A stretch of 64,000 nucleotides of DNA from positions 4,291 through 68,290 of the forward strand of contig CANGFA010000012.1 of assembly GCA_947453145.1 (NCBI GenBank), read 5' to 3'. This document shows, in pieces, positions 55,379 to 64,000 of this stretch; positions within the stretch are counted from its first letter, which is position 1, and each line of letters opens with the position of its first letter. The position numbers were made by a program, and so were the translations under genes. The notes beneath the pieces are model-generated. The model was not told where the DNA came from, searched no databases, and saw only the letters and a program-made list of their open reading frames with translations. The DNA comes from Bacteroidota bacterium (lineage in GTDB: Bacteria > Bacteroidota > Bacteroidia > Chitinophagales > Chitinophagaceae).

Positions 55379-55870
55379 ATGATTCAAACATTAGTACAAT
55401 ATTTTATTAAAAATGGTCATCTTGACTTACCAGCTATTGGCATTCTAAAGTGGAGTAAGCAAGCTTCATTTTGGGAAAACAATAAATTTGTTGCCCCAAA
55501 AGAATTTATTATCCTAGATAAAGTTGAGGTAACTCCGTCGAAGCAATTTTATAGTTTTATATCCGAAAATTTGGACATTTCAATTGAACAAGCCATACTT
55601 CAATTTGACCATTTTATCCATCAATTTAAGGATCAAAAAATGGCTAGTCTAAATTTTGGAAGTTTAGGGACCTTACATAAAAATGAAAATATTATTTCTT
55701 GGAATAATTTATATAATGGAGAAGCGTATTATAAAGATCTAGAAATGACTATTACTCCTGTATTTGAAGGGGAGACAAGTACGCATGATGTTCAAAAAGA
55801 TCATTGGAAAATTTGGTCAATCCTTTTAGTTGTTATTGCAACTGCACTAATCATTTATAAACAATTATAA
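55379..55870 (+). CDS. HU-like (HU-CCDC81-type) domain protein with a C-terminal TM anchor
   Basis: GHLDLPAIG and ISIEQA...F..GSLGTL patterns, followed by WKIWSILLVVIATALII at the C-terminus. Confidence 0.58.
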   Translation: MIQTLVQYFIKNGHLDLPAIGILKWSKQASFWENNKFVAPKEFIILDKVEVTPSKQFYSFISENLDISIEQAILQFDHFIHQFKDQKMASLNFGSLGTLHKNENIISWNNLYNGEAYYKDLEMTITPVFEGETSTHDVQKDHWKIWSILLVVIATALIIYKQL

Positions 55871-55871
55871 A

Positions 55872-56789
55872 TTGCTTATGTCATTTCAACAACAGTCTTA
55901 TTCACCTTGCCCTGTTTGTAAAAATGATAATATAGATTTGTCTTTACATTGCTTTGACTATTCTTTAACACAAGAACAATTTGAAATTCTATCTTGTAAT
56001 AAATGCGGACTTTTATACACATTCCCCACGCCTAGCAAAGTAGCAATCGCGCCTTATTATAACTTTCCCGAATATATTTCACATACCGATGTAAATAAAG
56101 GCTGGATGAACAAACTGTATCATAAGGTTAAATCAAGAACTTTATTGCAAAAAACCAATTGGGTTCAGTCACTTTTTACAGGTCATAAAGGGAATATATT
56201 GGAGGTGGGTGCAGGAACAGGATCATTTGCATATTCAATGAAAAAAAAGGGCTGGAATGTGACTGCATTGGAGCCAGATGAGGGTAGTAGAAATAGGGCG
56301 CTAGAAAATTTTGATATAACCTTATTGCCGATAGAAGAATTATATAATTTGCCAAAAAATAGTTTCGAAGTGATTACTTTGTGGCATGTGCTGGAACATG
56401 TACATGATTTAATGGATTATATGCATGTTTTTAAATCCTTATTAAAAGTAAATGGTAGGCTCATTATCGCTGTGCCTAACCATGAAAGTTTTGATGCTAA
56501 TTTTTACAAAAAATATTGGGCAGCGTATGATGTCCCTAGACATTTGTACCATTTTTCACCTAGGTCGATGGACAATTTGTGCCTCGTTCATCATATGAAA
56601 GTACTTCAATACAAACCCATGTGGTTTGATAGCTTTTATGTTAGTTTATTAAGTGAAAAGTATAAAAATGCTGGTTACTTTGGAATAATTCGAGCATTTT
56701 TTGTAGGCTGCCTTTCAAATTTAATGGCACTAAGAAATCCTAAAAAAGCAAGTTCGTTAATATACGAGATTAAAATTTCTGAAATGTAA
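55872..56789 (+). CDS. Class I SAM-dependent methyltransferase with an N-terminal CxxC...CxxC zinc ribbon
   Basis: CPVC...CNKCG, ILEVGAGTG, VITLWHVLEH and YDVPRHLYHF. Confidence 0.88.
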   Translation: MLMSFQQQSYSPCPVCKNDNIDLSLHCFDYSLTQEQFEILSCNKCGLLYTFPTPSKVAIAPYYNFPEYISHTDVNKGWMNKLYHKVKSRTLLQKTNWVQSLFTGHKGNILEVGAGTGSFAYSMKKKGWNVTALEPDEGSRNRALENFDITLLPIEELYNLPKNSFEVITLWHVLEHVHDLMDYMHVFKSLLKVNGRLIIAVPNHESFDANFYKKYWAAYDVPRHLYHFSPRSMDNLCLVHHMKVLQYKPMWFDSFYVSLLSEKYKNAGYFGIIRAFFVGCLSNLMALRNPKKASSLIYEIKISEM

Positions 56790-56804
56790 TTTTGTCATCA
56801 ATGA

Positions 56805-57650
56805 CTATTTGATGCCATTTAATTTTAATTCGATCATAACTGGCCACATTTTCCCTGTAATAAAAAATGTACCTTTTTGTTTATGGTAAGCAATGCCATT
56901 TAATACATTACCTGGATCTTTTGTTTTAGGGTTATTTTTAATGCCCACCTGATTCAAAATATCTGTTAAATCCGCTACTGCTAGTACTTTTCCCGAAGTT
57001 GGGTCAATTTGTAATATTTTATCAGACAAATACACATTGGCAAATAATTTTCCATCTACGTATTCTAATTCATTCACATTAGCTACATAGCCATTATTAT
57101 CATAAACTCCAACGGTCTTAAGCGTCTTAAAAGTTAGTGGATCTAAATAATATATATTACTCCCACCTGTATTCACAATAATAGCCGTGTCGTTATGGGT
57201 CATACCCCAAGCTTCTTCAAATGGAAATGTTATTTCGCTTAGTTTATTTAAAGTTTTTGCATCATATACAAACACCTTATGTTCTTTATAAGTTAACTGA
57301 TATATTTTTCCTTTAAAAAGGGTGGTGCCTTCGCCAAAGTATTCATCATTTAATTTTACAGGCTTTTGAATGTCCTTCATATTGGTATCTAATAGCCTAA
57401 GTTTACTTTGCTTATAATTTCCCGTGCTTTCAATGAGTATATCGCCATTCCATTCAAGTCCTTCTGTGTAGGAAGTACTGTCATGTGTATGAGTCTTAAT
57501 TATTTGATAATTTAATGAAGCGGGTACATCAATGACATTATTATTAATATCATTATTTGCTTCATCACCATTTTTACTTGAACTATTATTGTTACAAGCA
57601 CTAAATACAAGCAAACTGCTTAAAAAAGATAAATATTTAAAATATTTCAT
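56805..57650 (-). CDS. Glutaminyl-peptide cyclotransferase (plant/bacterial propeller type), lipoprotein
   Basis: Lipobox FSA-C, SYTEGL, YFGEG, YQLTYKE, EAWGMT, NELE, VLNGIA and TGKMWP. Confidence 0.9.
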   Translation of the reverse strand: MKYFKYLSFLSSLLVFSACNNNSSSKNGDEANNDINNNVIDVPASLNYQIIKTHTHDSTSYTEGLEWNGDILIESTGNYKQSKLRLLDTNMKDIQKPVKLNDEYFGEGTTLFKGKIYQLTYKEHKVFVYDAKTLNKLSEITFPFEEAWGMTHNDTAIIVNTGGSNIYYLDPLTFKTLKTVGVYDNNGYVANVNELEYVDGKLFANVYLSDKILQIDPTSGKVLAVADLTDILNQVGIKNNPKTKDPGNVLNGIAYHKQKGTFFITGKMWPVMIELKLNGIK

Positions 57651-57661
57651 TCTAAACTATA

Positions 57662-58759
57662 TTATACGTTAAATCTAAAGTGCATTACGTCTCCATCTTT
57701 CACAATATATTCTTTGCCTTCAATTCTTAGCTTCCCATTGTCTCTGCAAGCTGCTTCACTTTTGTATTTAATAAAATCATGAAATGCAATTACCTCAGCT
57801 TTAATAAACCCTTTTTCAAAATCAGTATGGATAACACTTGCTGCTTGAGGCGCCTTCCATCCATTACCAATTGTCCAAGCTCTTACTTCTTGAACACCTG
57901 CTGTGAAATAAGTTTCTAATGATAATAATTTATAAGCACTTTGAATTAAACGATTTAATGCTGGTTCTTTCATTTGATATTCATCCATAAACAATGCCTT
58001 GTCATCTGGATCTTCTAACTCGGTTATCTGTGCTTCGATATTATTACACATCACAATTACTTCTGCCCCCTCATCCTTAGCCATTGCTACCAATTTTTCA
58101 GAGTAAGCGTTTCCTGTGTGCATAGACTTTTCGTCTACGTTTGCAACATACATTACTGGTTTTTCTGTTAACAAGAATATGTCAGCAATCGCTATTCTTT
58201 CTTCCTTATCTAAACCTAAAGAACGAATACTTTTACCTTGTTCCAAATGTGCTTTACATTTTTGTAAAACCTCTAATTCTACTTTTGCTTTAGGGTCAGT
58301 CTTAGCCATTTTTTCTGATCTTTGCATTTTCTTTTCAACACTATCTAAATCCTTTAATTGCAATTCTGTCTCAATAATTTCTTTGTCGCCAATAGGATTA
58401 ATTGCACCTTCTTCTCTTAATACATTCTCATCCTCAAAACAACGTATTACATGAATAATGGCACTAACTTCACGAATATTGGCAAGGAATTTATTACCCA
58501 AACCTTCTCCCTTACTTGCGCCCTTAACTAAACCGGCAATATCTACTATTTCCAATTGGGTGGGTACAATTCTTTGAGGGATAATTAAATCTGCCAATTG
58601 TTGTAATCTTTGATCGGGTACATCCACTAAACCCACGTTGGGCTCGATGGTACAAAACCGATAGTTACTTGCTTGCGCCTTTGCACTATTACTTACTGCA
58701 TTAAATAAGGTTGATTTTCCCACATTTGGTAATCCCACAATACCTGCCTGTAAAGCCAT
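57662..58759 (-). CDS. ychF: Redox-regulated ATPase YchF
   Basis: [42 protein letters not shown] and [15 protein letters not shown]. Confidence 0.97.
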   Translation of the reverse strand: MALQAGIVGLPNVGKSTLFNAVSNSAKAQASNYRFCTIEPNVGLVDVPDQRLQQLADLIIPQRIVPTQLEIVDIAGLVKGASKGEGLGNKFLANIREVSAIIHVIRCFEDENVLREEGAINPIGDKEIIETELQLKDLDSVEKKMQRSEKMAKTDPKAKVELEVLQKCKAHLEQGKSIRSLGLDKEERIAIADIFLLTEKPVMYVANVDEKSMHTGNAYSEKLVAMAKDEGAEVIVMCNNIEAQITELEDPDDKALFMDEYQMKEPALNRLIQSAYKLLSLETYFTAGVQEVRAWTIGNGWKAPQAASVIHTDFEKGFIKAEVIAFHDFIKYKSEAACRDNGKLRIEGKEYIVKDGDVMHFRFNV

Positions 58760-58838
58760 ATTTTGATTGTTTTAAGAGCGCAAAAATACAATTCTAATTG
58801 CAAAATGGGCTATATTAGTCCTATAAACAATGTAGATT

Positions 58839-60071
58839 ATGGCTTTAAATATCATTTGGATTGCATTTTTCTTAATTGCTTTTATAATTGCCTTGTGTAA
58901 ACTCGTTTTTCTTGGCGATACCAGTATATTTAAGCTATTAGCTGACGGTATTTTTGACTCGGCAAAATCCTCGGTTATGGATGTTGCCTTGCCTTTGACA
59001 GGTACTATGGTTTTTTTCTTGGGCTTAATGAATATAGCTGAAAAAGCTGGCGCCATTCAAAAATTGGCAAAATGGATGAACCCGTTTTTAAGTAGATTGT
59101 TTCCAGAAGTTCCTGCAAATCACCCTTCAATGGGACATATGGTTATGAATTTTAGTGCCAATATGTTAGGATTAGACAATGCGGCAACTCCATTTGGGTT
59201 AAAAGCAATGGAGAGTTTGCAAACATTAAATCCGGAAAAAGAAAAAGCATCCAATGCGCAAATCATGTTTTTGGTTTTACACACAAGTGGTTTAACCATT
59301 ATACCCTTAACTATTATTTCCTATCGTTTAGCTGCGGGTTCACATGATGCAGCCAGTATATTTATTCCATGCGTGTTAGCCACAATTGGCACTACTTTAG
59401 CTAGTATTTTAATGGTTGGTTTTTATCAAAAACTGAAATGGGATAAAGTACTTATTAGTTGGTTATTAGGCCTAATTGGATTAATGGCTGGTGTATTATT
59501 TGCAGTAAATGCACTAAGTCCAGAAAACAAAGAAGTTTTTTCAAAAGTTTTTGGTAATGGACTACTTCTTTTAATAATTGTAGTTATAATATTAGGTGGT
59601 GCATACAAAAAAGTATCCGTATTTGATGCATTTATTGAAGGGGCTAAACAGGGATTTGATGTGATCGTAAAAATTATTCCTTACTTGGTAGCTATGTTAG
59701 TAGCTATAAGAGTATTTAGAGACAGTGGGGCAATGGGTTATATTTTAAATGGTATTGCTTATATAATTCATTTAACTGGGGTCAACACTGAATTTATAGG
59801 GGCTTTGCCTGTAGCTATTATGAAACCTTTAAGTGGGAGTGGAGCTAGAGGAATGATGCTGGATATATTTCAAACACAAGGAGCAGATTCATTTGTTGGG
59901 AAATTAGCTTCTATTTTTCAGGGCTCTGCAGATACTACCTTTTATATTATTGCTTTATACTTTGGAAGTGTAGGAATCAAAAAAGTAAGATATGCTTTAT
60001 GGGCTGGAATTTTTGCCGATTTAATAGGGGTAGTGATAGCCATTTTTATTGGCTATATATTTTTCAAGTAA
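58839..60071 (+). CDS. Nucleoside-recognition (Gate) domain membrane protein, fused SpmA/SpmB-like
   Basis: ANMLGLDNAATPFGLKAM, MKPLSGSGA and GSADTTFY...YFGSVG. Confidence 0.88.
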   Translation: MALNIIWIAFFLIAFIIALCKLVFLGDTSIFKLLADGIFDSAKSSVMDVALPLTGTMVFFLGLMNIAEKAGAIQKLAKWMNPFLSRLFPEVPANHPSMGHMVMNFSANMLGLDNAATPFGLKAMESLQTLNPEKEKASNAQIMFLVLHTSGLTIIPLTIISYRLAAGSHDAASIFIPCVLATIGTTLASILMVGFYQKLKWDKVLISWLLGLIGLMAGVLFAVNALSPENKEVFSKVFGNGLLLLIIVVIILGGAYKKVSVFDAFIEGAKQGFDVIVKIIPYLVAMLVAIRVFRDSGAMGYILNGIAYIIHLTGVNTEFIGALPVAIMKPLSGSGARGMMLDIFQTQGADSFVGKLASIFQGSADTTFYIIALYFGSVGIKKVRYALWAGIFADLIGVVIAIFIGYIFFK

Positions 60072-60107
60072 ATTTTATTAGAACCATTATTATGGCAACC
60101 ATTAAAA

Positions 60108-60518
60108 TTACAATCCCTCGCTCATTTTCATTATTTCCTTCCATTCTTGGTCTGTGACCGGTTGAACAGAAAGTCGGCCTAATCTTACTAAAGCCATATT
60201 TGCTAAATTAGTATTCGCTTTTACATCGGCTAATTTTACTGGATGTTTTAGTTTTTTATGTGGAGCAAAGTCCACCGCCAACCATGCAGTTTCTTCGGTG
60301 GTAGGATCTTGATATGATTCTTTAACTACTTTAGCAATTCCTACAATTTCCATCCCTTCATTACTGTGGTACCAAAAAGCTAAGTCACCTTTTTTCATAG
60401 ATCGTAAGTTATTACGTGCACCATAATTTCTTACACCATCCCAAAATGTTTTTTTATCCTTTACGAATTGATCCCAAGAATATTTAAACGGTTCAGATTT
60501 AATTAGCCAGTATGCCAT
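60108..60518 (-). CDS. EVE domain protein
   Basis: YWLIKSEP..YSW, WDGVRNY.ARN, YHS and GRLSVQPV. Confidence 0.93.
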   Translation of the reverse strand: MAYWLIKSEPFKYSWDQFVKDKKTFWDGVRNYGARNNLRSMKKGDLAFWYHSNEGMEIVGIAKVVKESYQDPTTEETAWLAVDFAPHKKLKHPVKLADVKANTNLANMALVRLGRLSVQPVTDQEWKEIMKMSEGL

Positions 60519-60575
60519 AGCAATTGTGTTTGAAAAATAATAACAATAATCTATAAAAAATGTTGTGAGAAACCA

Positions 60576-61295
60576 TTAATAGCCACTAGCTAAAATATCA
60601 GCTAGGTGAATTACTTTAACTGCTTGACCATTAAAATTAATTCTACCCTCCAAATGCATTAAACAACTCATGTCCGTACTTACTATATATTCAGCATCGG
60701 TAGCGATAGCATTATCAATTTTTTGATCGGCCATGGCCACACTAATGGTATCATACTTTACAGCAAAACTTCCCCCAAACCCACAACAAGTATCAGTGTC
60801 TATCATTTCAACTAATTCTAGGCCCCGAACCGAACTTAATAAAGCCCTAGGTTCCGTTTTAATTTTACATTCTCTTAATCCAGCACAACTATCGTGATAA
60901 GTTACTTTTGCATTAAATTCTGCACCCAATTCAGTAACGTTTAAAATCTTAGTAAGAAATTCGGAGAGTTCAAATATTTGATTAGATACTTTTTTAGCAG
61001 GACTTTGAAAAGCATTATTTTCAAAAATCTTTCCAAAATTATTTCTTACAAATCCAGCACAACTTGCACTTGGGCTAACAATATAATCTACACCATCAAA
61101 ATCTTGTACAAATTTTGTACAAACATCTTTTGACTCACCCCAAAATCCAGCATTAAAAGCAGGTTGACCACAACAGGTTTGTTGTTCATTGTATTTAACG
61201 GTACAACCTGCTTTTTCTAATACTTTAATGGTATTAAAAGCTACTTGCGGATACAATTGATCGATAAAGCAGGGTACAAATAGTTGAACGGTCAT
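60576..61295 (-). CDS. (Fe-S)-binding protein, LutA/YkgE family (CCG domains); ORF open to 61337
   Basis: LFVPCFID, QTCCGQP, SASC, TYHDSC and CCGFGGSF...S. Confidence 0.88.
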   Translation of the reverse strand: MTVQLFVPCFIDQLYPQVAFNTIKVLEKAGCTVKYNEQQTCCGQPAFNAGFWGESKDVCTKFVQDFDGVDYIVSPSASCAGFVRNNFGKIFENNAFQSPAKKVSNQIFELSEFLTKILNVTELGAEFNAKVTYHDSCAGLRECKIKTEPRALLSSVRGLELVEMIDTDTCCGFGGSFAVKYDTISVAMADQKIDNAIATDAEYIVSTDMSCLMHLEGRINFNGQAVKVIHLADILASGY

Positions 61296-61336
61296 AAACA
61301 AAAATACGAATTGTATATAAAAAACAAGCAGAAACA

Positions 61337-61373
61337 AAAAAGCATTCTCAACAAAATGTGAAGAATGCTTTTT
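61337..61373 (-). terminator. Terminator after the TPR gene
   Basis: Minus strand AAAAAGCATTCT-loop-AGAATGCTTTTT. Confidence 0.7.
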
Positions 61374-61394
61374 ATTAAAGTTTTTATTTAAAAA

Positions 61395-62051
61395 TTAAGG
61401 CTGCACCTTTAATTTAAATATAAATTTATCTGCGTTTAAGCCTATTTCAGTCTTAGGGTATTTTGCTTTAATATCTTTGTAAATAGATACTGCTTCCTCA
61501 TTTTTACCTAAAACCTCTTGTAATTGAGCCTCCCTAAATAAATATTCAGCTGAAATGGCTTCATCTTCAGGAAAATAAGTACCTGCTTTTTTATAATAAT
61601 CCAAGGCCTCTGTATTCTTTTTTAATTCAGAATAAGCATCTCCAAGTGTACCATAGGCAATTGCTTGAATTTGTTTTGCTTCTGTAGAGAAATCCTTTAA
61701 GTACTCTATAGATTTGTTAAAATTTCCAAGCTTGAAATAACTTATTCCAGCATAAAATTTAGCAATATTGGCAGCTTTAGTTCCGCTGTATTGTTTAATA
61801 ATAAACAATACCCCTTTATTGGCACCATCACCATTTAAAACTAAATTAGAAGAGTCTTGGAAAAAATAATTTTCTGCAGTGAACATAGCATCTGCAGCTT
61901 TAGTTTCACGTGGTTTTTGATATAATTCCATATAACCAAAATAGCCGCCTAATATAACTACTAGGATAACTAAGAATCCAGTTACGCTTTTTTGATTGTT
62001 TTTAAAAAAATCTAAAGTTGGATGTTTTTGTTCTTGTTGTAAATCGCTCAT
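61395..62051 (-). CDS. Membrane-anchored TPR protein (YfgM-like)
   Basis: N-terminal TM helix followed by TPRs (AKFYAGISY, AYGTLGDAYSEL, YLFREA). Confidence 0.75.
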   Translation of the reverse strand: MSDLQQEQKHPTLDFFKNNQKSVTGFLVILVVILGGYFGYMELYQKPRETKAADAMFTAENYFFQDSSNLVLNGDGANKGVLFIIKQYSGTKAANIAKFYAGISYFKLGNFNKSIEYLKDFSTEAKQIQAIAYGTLGDAYSELKKNTEALDYYKKAGTYFPEDEAISAEYLFREAQLQEVLGKNEEAVSIYKDIKAKYPKTEIGLNADKFIFKLKVQP

Positions 62052-62083
62052 TTTATTTTATTATGATGTTCTATGTTAATGAA

Positions 62084-63079
62084 TTAGTCTACGATAAATG
62101 GATAGGATTGATCAATGTATACATCTTTCAATACTTCACTATCGTCTGGCCATGGACTATCTTCTGCAAATTTTACAGAACCGTCCACGATGGCTGTAAT
62201 TTTATCATCTATCGCTTTTAATTCAGCTTCTGTTGCAAATTTATTAGTCAAAATAGTCTGTGCTACTTTTGTGATTGGATCCTGGTTTTTGTATTCTTCT
62301 ACCTCGTCTTTAGTTCTATATTTTTGTGGATCAGAAACAGAATGTCCTCTATAACGATAGGTTTTCATTTCTAAAAGGGTAGGACCATCTCCTTCACGTG
62401 CACGCTTTACAGCTCTTGCAACACCTTCATGAACTGCTTCGGCAGTCATTCCATCAATTTTATCAGCAGGCATTTCGTATGCGTCTGCTAATTTATAAAT
62501 ATCAACTACATTACTTGTTCTTTCAATGGATGTACCCATTGCGTAGTTATTGTTTTCACATATAAATACTACAGGTAATTTCCATAACATAGCAAGGTTA
62601 AATACTTCGTGTAACATTCCTTGTCGTGCAGCACCGTCTCCGAAGAAACATAATACTACATTTTTAGAACCACGGTATTGTTCAGCAAATGCTAATCCAG
62701 CTCCTGTTCCAATTTGAGCACCCACAATACCATGACCACCAAAAAAGTAATTGGCTTTGTCAAACAAGTGCATGCTCCCACCTTTACCTTTAGAACAGCC
62801 AGTTGCTTTACCATATAATTCTGCCATAGCCGCATTTGGACTCATTCCTTTTGCTAAGGCTAATCCATGATCACGATATCCAGTAATAAAAGGGTCTTCA
62901 TGATTAGTAGCGGTCATACAACCTGCTGCTATAGCTTCTTGGCCATTGTAAACATGGAAAAATCCTCTGATTTTACCAGCCATTTTATACATTTCTTCCG
63001 ACTTTGATTCAAATTGACGAATCAATTGCATCAATTCATACCAATACAGGTAGGTTTCTTTTGAAAAATTTTGGGCCAC
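62084..63079 (-). CDS. pdhA: Pyruvate dehydrogenase E1 alpha subunit (GTG start)
   Basis: IRGFFHVYNGQEA, YRDHG, GKGGSMH, TPP motif GDGA...ENN and YRYRGHSVSDP. Confidence 0.95.
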   Translation of the reverse strand: MAQNFSKETYLYWYELMQLIRQFESKSEEMYKMAGKIRGFFHVYNGQEAIAAGCMTATNHEDPFITGYRDHGLALAKGMSPNAAMAELYGKATGCSKGKGGSMHLFDKANYFFGGHGIVGAQIGTGAGLAFAEQYRGSKNVVLCFFGDGAARQGMLHEVFNLAMLWKLPVVFICENNNYAMGTSIERTSNVVDIYKLADAYEMPADKIDGMTAEAVHEGVARAVKRAREGDGPTLLEMKTYRYRGHSVSDPQKYRTKDEVEEYKNQDPITKVAQTILTNKFATEAELKAIDDKITAIVDGSVKFAEDSPWPDDSEVLKDVYIDQSYPFIVD

Positions 63080-63140
63080 AATCCTTTATTTTTGAGCGCA
63101 AATATACTGTTTTCAGATTAAAAATGAATCAAAAACAGCC

Positions 63141-64000
63141 TTATGCTTCGTTTAAAAATGGGTATTTATAGTCAGTTGGGGGATTAAAAGTCTCCTTAAT
63201 AGTCCTAGCACTTAACCACCGGTACAAATTTAGCATACTTCCAGCCTTGTCATTGGTGCCGGAAGCTCTTGCTCCACCAAAAGGTTGTTGTCCTACGACT
63301 GCACCCGTTGGCTTGTCGTTTACATAAAAATTTCCAGCTGCGTGGCGTAATTTATCCGTTGCTAATTCAATAGCGGCTCGGTCTAGTGAGATGATAGAAC
63401 CAGTTAATGCATATTTAGAAGTACTATTTACTAATTCTAAGGTTTTTTCAAACTTATTTGCAGGGTAAGTGTAAATAGTTAATACTGGACCAAAAATTTC
63501 CTCACACATAGTAAGGTATTTTGGATCAGCTGTTTCTATCACAGTGGGCTCTACAAAATAGCCCACCTTTTTACTAAAATTACCACCTACTAAAATTTTT
63601 GCTTTCTTATCTTTTTTAGCCTTGTTAATGTAGCCCGCAATTTTATCAAATGATTTTTCATTGATTACTGCGTTCACGAAATTGGAGAAATCTTCTACTG
63701 TTCCAACTTTCATAGATTGTACAGCCTTTACTAATTTTTCTTTTACTGCGGCTGCAATATTGCTTGGCAAATAGGCTCTTGAAGCAGCAGAACATTTTTG
63801 TCCTTGGTATTCAAATGCGCCTCTTGCTAATGCAGCAACCACCGTATCGACATCAGCAGAAGGATGAACCATTACAAAATCTTTCCCACCTGTTTCACCA
63901 ACAATTCTTGGGTAGGTTTTATAAGTGGAAATATTTTCTCCGATTTGTTTCCACATTTCATTAAATACCCCTGTGGAACCAGTGAAGTGAACTCCAGCAA
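63141..64000 (-). CDS. pruA: L-glutamate gamma-semialdehyde (P5C) dehydrogenase (partial; 5' end outside the window)
   Basis: GETGGKDF, FEYQGQKCSAASR, EEIFGP and NDKPTGAVVGQQPFGGARASGTNDKAG. Confidence 0.93.
   Translation of the reverse strand, partial: AGVHFTGSTGVFNEMWKQIGENISTYKTYPRIVGETGGKDFVMVHPSADVDTVVAALARGAFEYQGQKCSAASRAYLPSNIAAAVKEKLVKAVQSMKVGTVEDFSNFVNAVINEKSFDKIAGYINKAKKDKKAKILVGGNFSKKVGYFVEPTVIETADPKYLTMCEEIFGPVLTIYTYPANKFEKTLELVNSTSKYALTGSIISLDRAAIELATDKLRHAAGNFYVNDKPTGAVVGQQPFGGARASGTNDKAGSMLNLYRWLSARTIKETFNPPTDYKYPFLNEA

Noticed and set aside
58839-60071. Sporulation system suggested by SpmA/SpmB similarity
   Set aside because: The fused Gate-domain protein is widespread in non-sporulating bacteria, and there are no other sporulation genes.
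55872-60518. Methyltransferase plus EVE as a restriction-modification or defence module
   Set aside because: The methyltransferase lacks DNA-MTase motifs (DPPY/NPPY/PC), the genes are 3 kb apart on opposite strands, and there is no nuclease.
47212-63079. E2 and pdhA each lacking adjacent partner subunits
   Set aside because: Scattered 2-oxo-acid dehydrogenase genes are ordinary in Bacteroidota, and the long Asn/Thr/Pro stretches in E2 are normal flexible linkers.

Overview
This is an AT-rich, very gene-dense core-genome window from a Bacteroidota bacterium. The TAnnTTTG promoters, the Q-rule signal peptides, the rpmB-rpmG-DUF4295 block and the sdhCA order support the phylum; the proteins look Chitinophagaceae/Sediminibacterium-like, which is inference. 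It holds about 56 housekeeping and envelope CDSs, RNase P RNA, tRNA-Arg(UCU), tRNA-Val(UAC) and a frameshifted prfB. I found no CRISPR array, transposase, integrase, prophage or recognisable defence system. The best leads are: (1) an ABC-F ribosome ATPase whose degenerate motifs all fall in one composite nucleotide site; (2) several genes whose start codon sits exactly where rnpB places the transcription start, suggesting leaderless mRNAs; (3) an orphan class I isoprenoid/terpene-synthase-fold gene coupled to ung; (4) a tandem repeat plus interlocking GA-mismatch hairpins downstream of tRNA-Arg; (5) an uncharacterised TPR / plug-less beta-barrel / membrane-anchored HU-like envelope operon. All family calls come from motif recognition by eye; no database search was run.
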